Shown piece by piece: positions 10,864-18,820 of a stretch of DNA of 64,000 nucleotides. Positions within the stretch are counted from its first letter, which is position 1, and every line of letters begins with the position of its first letter. A program made the translations under genes and the position numbers. The stretch is from an uncultured Bacilli bacterium (GTDB taxonomy: Bacteria > Bacillota_I > Bacilli_A > RF39 > UBA660): contig OZ007038.1 of assembly GCA_963931685.1 (NCBI GenBank), positions 529,964-593,963 on the forward strand, in the 5' to 3' direction. The notes beneath the pieces were generated by a model. That model had not been told where the DNA came from. It saw only the letters and a program-made list of their open reading frames with translations, and did not search any database.

Positions 10864-11808
10864 ATGAATAGACAAATGTTTTTTGAATTACTTAAAGAAA
10901 ATATATGCATTCAAGATGAAGCTTTAAAAAAATTAGTATGGGTATTATATAATAATTTTTATGGAGAAAATAGTATTAAAGAAAATATCTTACTTATAGG
11001 TGATCTTGGAAGTGGAAAAACTACTATGATAAAGGAAACTGCAGAACTTATGGATATACCGATGGGTGAGGTTTATAATGCTTTTTCATCAAATGAAATA
11101 AATTATGATTTGATTGCTAGCGGTTTATTTCAAATGAATATGAATGGTAATAATGGTGGAGAAGGTATTTTATTACTTCATGATTTTCAAGATAGTTTTA
11201 TTTATGGTCATAACCAAGAATTTAATGCAATGATAGCTTCTGGAATTTTGAATTTAGGTGAATATGGTTATTTTAATTCATCTGATGTAATATTTATTGG
11301 TGAGATAGATACTGATAATGTTCGTAATATTTTTGCAGGGAGTCAAGGATTATCTGATTTAGATAATGATGATTTTGTATCGCCAACTTTAAATATTATA
11401 AAAGATTATTTATCAAAGGCAAACCGGATTACTGAAGATGAAAATGGTGATAGATCAGCAAATGTTGGTTTTGAAAAATATATTTCAGATATAATTAGAA
11501 ATCGTTTTTTAAGTTCTAATAGTATGCAAGCTTTTAAAAGAAAAATTTATATGGAAGATATGGGTACTGTGGAAATAGTTAAAGCTTTATCATCACCAAT
11601 TTCTGCTTTGAATTTATATAAAGATGATTTATTAGATGAATATATCGATTCAGATGTGTTTAGAAAAAAGGTTGCAGGATATATCTTAGAAAGTGGAGAA
11701 GGTCTTCATGCGACTGAAGCGGCTATTGAAAATACCTTTATAAATGATGCTAAAAAAAATAAGAAAGTTTTAAAAAAAGATTCTTTGTTTATTTCTCGCA
11801 GGAAATAA
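10864..11808 (+). CDS. Degenerate ClpX/HslU-like AAA+ protein, paralogue 1. Walker A is intact and Walker B has no Asp-Glu pair.
   Basis: LKKLVWVLYNNFYGE...ENILLIGDLGSGKTTMIKETAELMDIPMGEV parallels ClpX (AKKVLAVAVYNHYKR...[27 protein letters not shown]). The Walker B equivalent reads GILLLHDFQD, where ClpX has GIVYIDEIDK. The ClpX zinc-binding N-domain and C-terminal region are absent. Confidence 0.5.
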   Translation: MNRQMFFELLKENICIQDEALKKLVWVLYNNFYGENSIKENILLIGDLGSGKTTMIKETAELMDIPMGEVYNAFSSNEINYDLIASGLFQMNMNGNNGGEGILLLHDFQDSFIYGHNQEFNAMIASGILNLGEYGYFNSSDVIFIGEIDTDNVRNIFAGSQGLSDLDNDDFVSPTLNIIKDYLSKANRITEDENGDRSANVGFEKYISDIIRNRFLSSNSMQAFKRKIYMEDMGTVEIVKALSSPISALNLYKDDLLDEYIDSDVFRKKVAGYILESGEGLHATEAAIENTFINDAKKNKKVLKKDSLFISRRK

Positions 11809-11824
11809 AATCGCGGAGGTATTT

Positions 11825-12763
11825 ATGGAAACAAAAGAATTATATAATGAATTGAGAGATTTGCTATGTAATCAAGATAAGGCTTTAAAAGATCTTGTTT
11901 GGACTATAGCTAGAAATAGAAAATTAAATAGACCTAAAAATGCTTTATTGATAGGTGAACTAGGTAGTGGAAAAACTACAATGGTAGAATTAACTGCTCG
12001 TAAAATGGGTATACCTGTAGTTGGAATGTCAGGTTTTTTTACTCCACAAGGAGTAGAACCTATGGTTTTATATAATGCTTTTATGGGATTGTTTGCTGAA
12101 AATAATCAAAAAGGATGTCAAGGAATTGTTTTGATTCATGATATGAAAGATGTTTTTCTATATGGAGGTTTTTCTACTTTAAATTCTATAATTACTGCTG
12201 GTTCTTTTACTTATAATAATCATGTTATTGATGTTAAAAGTACTATGTTTATTGGTGAGATTGATAATAATGGTTTAGAAGATTGTTTTACTTCAAATCC
12301 TATATATACAATTGATGATATAGATAAAGCAATTTATCCTTCGGTATGTAGTAGTGATGAAGTTACTGAAGTAATTAGCAATATAATAGATGTTTATGGT
12401 GGAGTTACTGATGAAGAAGTAGATAGTAATATGTTTTATGATCAATATAGGGAAGCATTAAAAAAGACTTTTTTATCTCCAGAGTGCAGTAAAGTATTTA
12501 ATAAAAAAATTTTTATGGATGCGATTGGTTTTGAGGATATTAAAAAAGCCTTAAGTTCTCCAGTATCAGAATTACAAACATATAGTGATGATTTATGCGA
12601 AGAATATATTTCATCACCGCAATTTATAAATTCAGTGGCTGGACATATCAGTGAGAGTTTAGTTGGTTTACATGATTTAGATGATGCCGTTAGAGATGTA
12701 TCTAGAATAGATAGTAAAAGGAAGATTAAGGTTTATAAAGAGAATTCTTTATTAAAATTATAG
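11825..12763 (+). CDS. Degenerate ClpX/HslU-like AAA+ protein, paralogue 2 (tandem duplicate of the preceding gene)
   Basis: ALKDLVWTIARNRKLNRPKNALLIGELGSGKTTMVELTARKMGIPVVGMSG. The Walker B equivalent is GIVLIHDMKD. The product is collinear with paralogue 1 throughout, e.g. the shared C-terminal block IFMDAIGFEDIKKALSSPVSELQTYSDDL matching IYMEDMGTVEIVKALSSPISALNLYKDDL. Confidence 0.5.
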   Translation: METKELYNELRDLLCNQDKALKDLVWTIARNRKLNRPKNALLIGELGSGKTTMVELTARKMGIPVVGMSGFFTPQGVEPMVLYNAFMGLFAENNQKGCQGIVLIHDMKDVFLYGGFSTLNSIITAGSFTYNNHVIDVKSTMFIGEIDNNGLEDCFTSNPIYTIDDIDKAIYPSVCSSDEVTEVISNIIDVYGGVTDEEVDSNMFYDQYREALKKTFLSPECSKVFNKKIFMDAIGFEDIKKALSSPVSELQTYSDDLCEEYISSPQFINSVAGHISESLVGLHDLDDAVRDVSRIDSKRKIKVYKENSLLKL

Positions 12764-12765
12764 AT

Positions 12766-13563
12766 ATGGAAAAATATCAAGAAGTAGAAAGAAGTATTAT
12801 TAAAAAATTTAGACCATCTATATGGCATAATTTTGTTAAAGCAGTTAGTAATTATGATTTGATTGGTGAAAATGATAAGATAGCTGTTTGTATAAGTGGT
12901 GGTAAAGATTCTTTTTTGCTTGCTAAATGTTTAGAAGAACTTCAAAAACATGGAAAGATTAAATTTGATTTAGAATATGTTATCATGAATCCAGGGTATA
13001 CTGATGAGGTTTTAAATAAAATTAAGGGTAATTTAAAAATTTTGAATATAAATGCTCATATATTTGAAAGCCCTATTTTTAAAATTATTAGTAAAGAAAA
13101 AAATCCTTGTTATTTATGTGCTAAAATGCGAAGAGGATATTTGTATAATTATGCTAAGGAACTTGGGTGTAATAAAATTGCATTAGGTCATCACTTTGAT
13201 GATGTTTTAGAGACTATTTTAATGAATTTAATATATAATGGAATGTATGCGGGAATGATGCCTAAACTTAGAAGTGATAATTTTGAGGGTATGGAGCTTA
13301 TTAGGCCTTTATATTTAATTAGAGAAGATAGTATTTTAGATTGGGTCAAATATAATAATTTATCATTTATTGATTGTGCGTGCAGTGTTACTAAAAAAGA
13401 TATAGGTAAACGTAAAGAGATGAAAGAATTAGTTAAAACTTTGAAAGAATATTATGCAGATGCAGATAGGAATATATTTAATTCTATGCATAATGTAAAA
13501 TTAGATAAAGTAATAAATTATTTTTACGAAGATAAAGCAAATGTCTTTTTAGATAAATATTAA
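12766..13563 (+). CDS. ttcA: tRNA-cytidine(32) 2-sulfurtransferase, TtcA family (PP-loop ATPase with an Fe-S cluster)
   Basis: CISGGKDS (PP-loop), CYLCAKMRRGYLY, IALGHHFDDVLETILMNLIYNGMYAGMMPKL, IRPLYLIRE and IDCACS are collinear with E. coli TtcA (VCLSGGKDS, CSLCSRLRRGILY, IALGHHRDDILQT...PPKL, PCNLCGS). Confidence 0.75.
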   Translation: MEKYQEVERSIIKKFRPSIWHNFVKAVSNYDLIGENDKIAVCISGGKDSFLLAKCLEELQKHGKIKFDLEYVIMNPGYTDEVLNKIKGNLKILNINAHIFESPIFKIISKEKNPCYLCAKMRRGYLYNYAKELGCNKIALGHHFDDVLETILMNLIYNGMYAGMMPKLRSDNFEGMELIRPLYLIREDSILDWVKYNNLSFIDCACSVTKKDIGKRKEMKELVKTLKEYYADADRNIFNSMHNVKLDKVINYFYEDKANVFLDKY

Positions 13564-13591
13564 CTATAATTTAAATGTTATAGTTTTTTTA
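13562..13591 (+). terminator. Rho-independent terminator after ttcA
   Basis: The hairpin AACTATAA-tttaaatg-TTATAGTT is followed by TTTTT. Confidence 0.7.
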
Positions 13592-13680
13592 TATATATAT
13601 ATAAAAATTATATAGCTATGATTTTTAATTATATTATTATACTTTAAAAAAAATAGATTGTAAGGTATAATATAGGGGAA

Positions 13681-14274
13681 ATGGAGGGTATTATGGCTAA
13701 AGAAAGAGAAGTTACAATTCTTAATATTGATGAGGAGACGTTTATTAAACGATTGTTAGAACATGGTGCAATTAAAAAGGATGAATTTTTACAAAGAAGA
13801 TATACATATGATTTTAATCCAGTAATGCCTAATAAATGGATTAGACTTAGGACAAATGGGAAAAAAACAACTTTGACTATTAAAGAGATAAGGGATAAGA
13901 ATGCTATTGATGGAACAATGGAATTAGAAACGGTTGTTGGTGATTTTGATGTTATGAATAGTATCTTAAAAGAACTAGGATATGTTTATAGAAATTATCA
14001 AGAGAATTACCGAAAAATTTATGTTATAGAGAATGTAGAAATTTCAATTGATTCTTGGCCTATGATACCAACTTATGCTGAAATAGAGGGCAAGAGTAAT
14101 GAAGATGTTGTACGAACTTTAGAATTATTAGGTTATACTTTAGAAGAGGCAACTACTTTAGATGTTACTTCTATTTATAATGAAATATATGGTATTGATT
14201 TACTTGGAATAAAAGAATTAAAGTTTGAAGGGAGTAATCATGAAAGTATGTTGGAACATAACAAGCAAATGTAA
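13681..14274 (+). CDS. CYTH-domain protein (triphosphate tunnel metalloenzyme fold; CyaB/thiamine-triphosphatase-like). The N-terminal ExExK motif is divergent.
   Basis: The CYTH-like blocks are WIRLRTNGKKTTLTIKE, KIYVIENVEISIDSWP and YAEIEGKS. Compare B. subtilis YjbK: ALRIRHKG..TLTLK, FDHSFY and YEIEFEV. The alternative start at 13693 (MAKE...) has RBS GGAGGG. Confidence 0.55.
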   Translation: MEGIMAKEREVTILNIDEETFIKRLLEHGAIKKDEFLQRRYTYDFNPVMPNKWIRLRTNGKKTTLTIKEIRDKNAIDGTMELETVVGDFDVMNSILKELGYVYRNYQENYRKIYVIENVEISIDSWPMIPTYAEIEGKSNEDVVRTLELLGYTLEEATTLDVTSIYNEIYGIDLLGIKELKFEGSNHESMLEHNKQM

Positions 14275-14977
14275 TAGGAATTGTAAGTATTGTTTTAAAT
14301 TTAATAAAGATGATTTGTCTTTAGAAAAAAATAAAAAGGTACTTGATAATTTAGTTAAACTTGGGGTAAAAAAAATTTCGTGGACTGGCGGAGAACCTTT
14401 TTTATACAAGGAGCTTCCTATATTATTAAAATTAAGTAAAAAATATGGAATTATTAATTCTGTAAATACTAATTTAACAACTGTTGATATAGATAATTTA
14501 AAAGAAAAAATTGAAAATATTGATAGACTGATTATTTCTTTGGATTTTGTTCGTGATGATCTAAATTTAAAATATGGCATTGGTAAAGATTATTATTTAC
14601 ATGTGTCAAAGATTTTGAAAAAAATTAAAGATATTAATCCTGATATAATTATACAATTGAATACAGTATTATTTAGCGGAAATATTTCTCGTATGAATGA
14701 GTTATATGAAGAGATTAATAAATATAATATAGATTATTGGAAAATAATAAGATTTTTACCAATTAGAGGAAAAGCATACGCAGAAAAAGATGTTTTAGCA
14801 ATCACGGATGAACAGTTTGAGAATTTTGTTTCTCAGTTTAATAATAGAAAACAAAAATTTAAAATAATTATTCATGGATTAACAGAAATGGAAAAAAAGC
14901 ATATTATTGTGTTAAGTTCAGGAAAGCTTATTTATAGTGAAAAGGGGCAGGATGTGGAAGTTAAATCTTTAATATGA
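14240..14977 (+). CDS. Viperin-like radical SAM enzyme (prokaryotic viperin / pVip-like), 246 aa
   Basis: CNRNCKYCF (CxxxCxxC) with ISWTGGEPFL matches viperin CNYKCGFCF...INFSGGEPFL. LIISLDFVRDDLNLKYGIGKD matches [28 protein letters not shown] matches FKINSVI. YWKIIRFLPIRGKA...LAITDEQFENFVSQF matches RWKVFQCLLIEGEN...FVIGDEEFERFLERH. The start at 14240 has RBS GGGAG and overlaps the CYTH gene by 35 nt. The track's TTG start at 14225 is less likely. Confidence 0.65.
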   Translation: MKVCWNITSKCNRNCKYCFKFNKDDLSLEKNKKVLDNLVKLGVKKISWTGGEPFLYKELPILLKLSKKYGIINSVNTNLTTVDIDNLKEKIENIDRLIISLDFVRDDLNLKYGIGKDYYLHVSKILKKIKDINPDIIIQLNTVLFSGNISRMNELYEEINKYNIDYWKIIRFLPIRGKAYAEKDVLAITDEQFENFVSQFNNRKQKFKIIIHGLTEMEKKHIIVLSSGKLIYSEKGQDVEVKSLI

Positions 14978-14993
14978 GGAAAGGAAGTTAATA

Positions 14994-15887
14994 ATGGATA
15001 AAAATATCAACTTAAATTTATATCGAATTTTTTATGAAGTGGCCAAATATCATAGTATTTCAGATGCTGCTAAAAATATGTATTTGTCGCAGCCAGCAAT
15101 TAGTAAAGCTATTAAAAACTTGGAAAGATAATTAGATGTTATGTTGTTTTATAGAACACTAAATGGAATAATTTTGACTGATAAAGGAAAAGAATTATTT
15201 TTATTAGTTGAAGAAGCTTTGAGTAGTTTTAGACAAGCAGAGAAGAAAATGATGGAAAATAAAAATTTAGAAAAAGGTTCTTTATCTATTGGGGTTCGTT
15301 CTAATGTTGCTTCCTTTTATTTGCTTGATAAAATTGCTGATTTTCACAAAAAATACAATAAGATTGATATAGTAATTATTGATAGACCTAGTAGTGAATT
15401 ATTAGAGATGCTTTCCAATAATGAAATTGATTTTGTACTTGATTCGTTATCTGATAAGGATGAATTAGATGGTTTTGATGTAAAACCTTTGGATAATTTT
15501 ACTCATGTTTTTGTAACACTTCCTAATTTGAAAATTTTATCTGATAAAAACGTATATCATTTAAAAGATTTAGAATCACTTCCGCTTATATTACCTGTTT
15601 CCCATAGTTCTCATAGACAATATTTAAATAATTTAGCAAAGGAAAATAATACAGAATTTAATAATGTACTTTCAATTGAAACGAGTGAACTTATTTATAG
15701 TATGGTTAAAAAAGGACTTGGAATAGGGTATATTTTAAAAGATATGGTAAAAGGTGATATTGATAGAGGTAATTTACGAGAAATAAAAATTAAAGAAAAA
15801 TTACCTGATATATCTTTAAATTTGATATGTAAGGAAAAAAATTTAACTGAGGCTCCACGGAGGTTTATAGATGAGTATTTAAAATAA
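14994..15887 (+). pseudogene. LysR-family transcriptional regulator interrupted by an in-frame TAA at 15129-15131 (HTH 14994-15128; effector-binding domain 15141-15887)
   Basis: The ATG at 14994 encodes a classical LysR HTH (LYRIFYEVAKYHSISDAAKNMYLSQPAISKAIKNLER) and then hits TAA. The same frame continues as LDVMLFYRTLNGIILTDKGKELF..., the LysR linker and substrate-binding domain (ORF 15141-15887). The downstream ATG has no RBS. Confidence 0.6.
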
Positions 15888-15909
15888 CATGAAAAAATGT
15901 TATTTTTTT
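15885..15909 (+). terminator. Rho-independent terminator after the lysR remnant
   Basis: The hairpin TAACAT-gaaaaa-ATGTTA is followed by TTTTTTT. Confidence 0.6.
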
Positions 15910-16051
15910 ATTACTTTTTTTGATGGCAATTACTTATAAATATATGACTTTAAACTTTAGTTATATGAATAATTTATAGTTATGTTTTTATGAAATATTA
16001 GTATTTTTACAATGCCTTAATTTGTGATACATTTAAATTGAAGGAGGAAAT

Positions 16052-17530
16052 ATGTATAAGGTAATTGCAATTAGTGGTTATTCTGGTAGTGGTAAAACTA
16101 CTATTAGTGAGGAGATATTAAAAAATTGTAATGATTTAATTTATTTTGATTTTGGTTTTTTATTTAGGCCTGTGACATACTATTTAATGAATGAACTGAA
16201 AATGACTGAAGATACTATTCGTACAATGGTGATGAGTGGAGAGTTAAAGAAAAAAATTAAATTAACTTACAGAGTTTTAGATAATAAAGTTGAAGTAGGA
16301 GTAAATAATAATTTTTATGATTATGATATTTTAAATAGTTTAAAAATGAATATGGATACAGTTATGGTTGGTTCAATAATTGGTGATGAATTAAATGATG
16401 AATTGAGAGTTATAATTGATGATTTAAAGAAAAGTAGTAATATTTTACTTAATGCGAGAAGACCAATTGTGGTATATCCGGATGCGGATTGTCATATTTT
16501 TTTAGAAACTGATTTTGATGAAAGAGTAAGAAGAAAAATGTTGATGAATGGTGAAGATTACGAAACAACTGTAAGTAAACTTATGAAACGTGATCAAAAA
16601 GAGAAATCTAGTGGTTTTTGGGAAAAATATGATTTTACTAAAACTATTGATACTACTGGTTTATCTAAAGAAGAGGTATTACAAAAAGTTTTGAAAATTA
16701 TAAATAACAATTTTGTTTATTTTAATAATTTAACTTTAATTTTAGGTTCTTATAGGTGTAATAAAAATTGTCCATATTGTATTGCAAAGAATAATCAAAA
16801 GTTTTCTGTTTGTGATAATTTGGAACGATTAGATGAAATTTTAAATGAGTTACAAGAAAATGATATACGATTTAAAAGGTTTGTAGTGAGTGGAAATGGT
16901 GAACCATCATTATATTCTTTAGAAGATTTAAGGTTGATAAAGGAAAGTTTACTCAAATATAGGGATTTATTTGAAATAGTTAGAGTACATTCTTCTGGTA
17001 ATATATTTAACGAAGAAGATAAATTTGATATTTTCGGTTTAGCTGATTTACCACTTGAGTTTGAAATCCTTAGAGTTGCTTTAGATTCAAATGTTGATAT
17101 GGACGTGCTTGAATATAACAATGATTATTTAGAAAGTCCATTATTTAAAAGAGGTAATATAAAATGTGATATTGCTTTGACAGATTATTTAGAAAATACT
17201 GATTTATTATTTCAATTAAATCATTTTTTGGAAAATAATCCATCAATTAAAAAGGTTAGATTAAAAAGATTATTAGTAGGGGATAATGATACTACAATAC
17301 AAGCTAAATGGGTTAAAGAACATTCACTTGATAATGATGAAATTCAGAGAGTGGTTAAAGAATTAGGATTAACTTTGAAAAATGGTATTTATCAATCTGA
17401 GGATAGAAAAATTCTTTATAAAATGAGTGGAGATTATGATTTTGATTATGTTGTTAATGCAGGTGAATTTCAAAATTATGAAAATAAAAAATGCCATATC
17501 AAAGTTTTGAGAAGAAAGTTAGGTGGTTAA
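16052..17530 (+). CDS. Fusion protein: N-terminal cytidylate kinase (Cmk)-like P-loop NMP kinase domain (aa 1 to ~222) plus C-terminal viperin-like radical SAM domain (aa ~225-492)
   Basis: The N-terminal half is collinear with B. subtilis Cmk: IAISGYSGSGKTT matches IAIDGPAAAGKST, FDFGFLFRPVTY matches IDTGAMYRAITY, DADCHIFLETDFDERVRRKM matches NAEVKIFLLASVEERAKRRY, and IDTTGLSKEEV matches IDTTSLSIQEV. The C-terminal half carries CNKNCPYC (CxxxCxxC), FVVSGNGEPSL, ILRVALDSNVDMDVL (viperin [16 protein letters not shown]) and KKVRLKRLLVGDND (viperin VRWKVFQCLLIEGEN). Confidence 0.7.
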   Translation: MYKVIAISGYSGSGKTTISEEILKNCNDLIYFDFGFLFRPVTYYLMNELKMTEDTIRTMVMSGELKKKIKLTYRVLDNKVEVGVNNNFYDYDILNSLKMNMDTVMVGSIIGDELNDELRVIIDDLKKSSNILLNARRPIVVYPDADCHIFLETDFDERVRRKMLMNGEDYETTVSKLMKRDQKEKSSGFWEKYDFTKTIDTTGLSKEEVLQKVLKIINNNFVYFNNLTLILGSYRCNKNCPYCIAKNNQKFSVCDNLERLDEILNELQENDIRFKRFVVSGNGEPSLYSLEDLRLIKESLLKYRDLFEIVRVHSSGNIFNEEDKFDIFGLADLPLEFEILRVALDSNVDMDVLEYNNDYLESPLFKRGNIKCDIALTDYLENTDLLFQLNHFLENNPSIKKVRLKRLLVGDNDTTIQAKWVKEHSLDNDEIQRVVKELGLTLKNGIYQSEDRKILYKMSGDYDFDYVVNAGEFQNYENKKCHIKVLRRKLGG

Positions 17531-17531
17531 A

Positions 17532-18242
17532 GTGAGACAGATATTAAAATTTATTGGAACAGGAGGTGCTTTTTCTAGTAAGTATGTAAATAATTCGGCT
17601 TATTATTATTTAAAAAATGATGAGATACTTTTATTTGATTGTGGGGAAACGGTGTTTCATGAAATTTTAAAATTAGATATTATAACCGAGAAGATTAAAA
17701 GGATAGATATTGTGATTACACATTTTCATAGTGATCATGTTGGAAGTTTGGGAAGTTTGATTTTTTATTTAAGATTTAAAAAGATAAAAGAAGTTAATGT
17801 GATTTTTCCGATAAAGACACTTCCTTATATGTTATTACAAATTTATGGCATAGATGAAAGTCTTTTTAAAGTAAAATTGCCAGAAGAAGTAGATGGATAT
17901 TATATTAAAGAATATGAACAATTACATGGTGATGTTGATGTAGATGGTAATATTGTATCAATGCCTAGTTATGGATATCATGTGGTGAATGATAATGATA
18001 ATTTCTTTTATAGTGGTGACACATGTATTATAAGTGATATAATATTAGAGAAGTTTAAAAGTAAAGAGATTAAGATAATGTATCACGAAGTTACAACAGA
18101 TGGATATAAATCGCATATGCAGTTAGAAAATTTAGTAGAGATTATTCCTTTTGAGGATAGACAAAGAGTAGTTTGTATGCATATGGGTGATGGTGTAGAT
18201 GTATCAGAAATAGAAAAATTTGGATTAGAAAGTGTGAGGTAA
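17532..18242 (+). CDS. MBL-fold metallo-hydrolase, RNase Z / PhnP-like (possible cyclic-nucleotide or phosphodiester hydrolase)
   Basis: FIGTGGAFSS...LLFDCGE and ITHFHSDHVGSLGS (HxHxDH). A GTG start at 17532 follows RBS AGGTGG directly after the upstream stop. The track's start at 17523 is an alternative. Confidence 0.65.
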   Translation: MRQILKFIGTGGAFSSKYVNNSAYYYLKNDEILLFDCGETVFHEILKLDIITEKIKRIDIVITHFHSDHVGSLGSLIFYLRFKKIKEVNVIFPIKTLPYMLLQIYGIDESLFKVKLPEEVDGYYIKEYEQLHGDVDVDGNIVSMPSYGYHVVNDNDNFFYSGDTCIISDIILEKFKSKEIKIMYHEVTTDGYKSHMQLENLVEIIPFEDRQRVVCMHMGDGVDVSEIEKFGLESVR

Positions 18243-18244
18243 TT

Positions 18245-18820
18245 ATGAAAGAAGAATTAGAAGTTTGTGTGAGATCTTTAGTTCCTTTTGAAGATTTATA
18301 TAATGATATGATAGATTTAGGTTTTCATGTACAGGAAGATTTTGTGTTGAATGATATTTACATGGTTAAAAATGATGTAGAAGTATCTTTAGATAATGAA
18401 AATGTAATTTTTTCTGATTATGTTTTAATTAGAGAAACAGTAGGAAAACGAAAAATGCTTGTTTTAAAACATAAGGAATTAAATTCTAAAGGTGAGATAA
18501 CAAAACAAGAGTCAGTTAAATGTCCAATTACAGATTGTGATAAAGCATATGATTTTATGAAAGCTATCGGTTATAAAAAATTATTTGAAATAAGTGATCA
18601 TAATGTTTTGATGAGTAATGGAAAAAATGAAATTTATATTCAAAGAGTTAAAGGGTTAGGTACTTATGTAGAAATGGAACAAAAGAATTTACTTTTGGAA
18701 AATAATAATGGTAATACAATTGATGAAATGAAAAATGTTTTATGTGATTATAATTTAAAAATTGATACTAGTGATTATTTTGTGAGAAAAGCATATGATG
18801 CTTTAAAAGAAACTGTCTGA
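18245..18820 (+). CDS. Second CYTH-like domain protein (divergent)
   Basis: YVLIRETVGKRKMLVLKHKE, EIYIQRVKGLGTYVEMEQK and the N-terminal EELEVCVR follow the CYTH pattern (RIR..TLK, G.f.EiE). It lies 2 nt after the MBL gene stop. Confidence 0.45.
   Translation: MKEELEVCVRSLVPFEDLYNDMIDLGFHVQEDFVLNDIYMVKNDVEVSLDNENVIFSDYVLIRETVGKRKMLVLKHKELNSKGEITKQESVKCPITDCDKAYDFMKAIGYKKLFEISDHNVLMSNGKNEIYIQRVKGLGTYVEMEQKNLLLENNNGNTIDEMKNVLCDYNLKIDTSDYFVRKAYDALKETV

Noticed and set aside
14218-14580. 120-aa minus-strand ORF overlapping the viperin-like gene
   Set aside because: It is antisense to a gene with strong radical SAM motifs. It shows no homology signal and is AT-rich frame noise.
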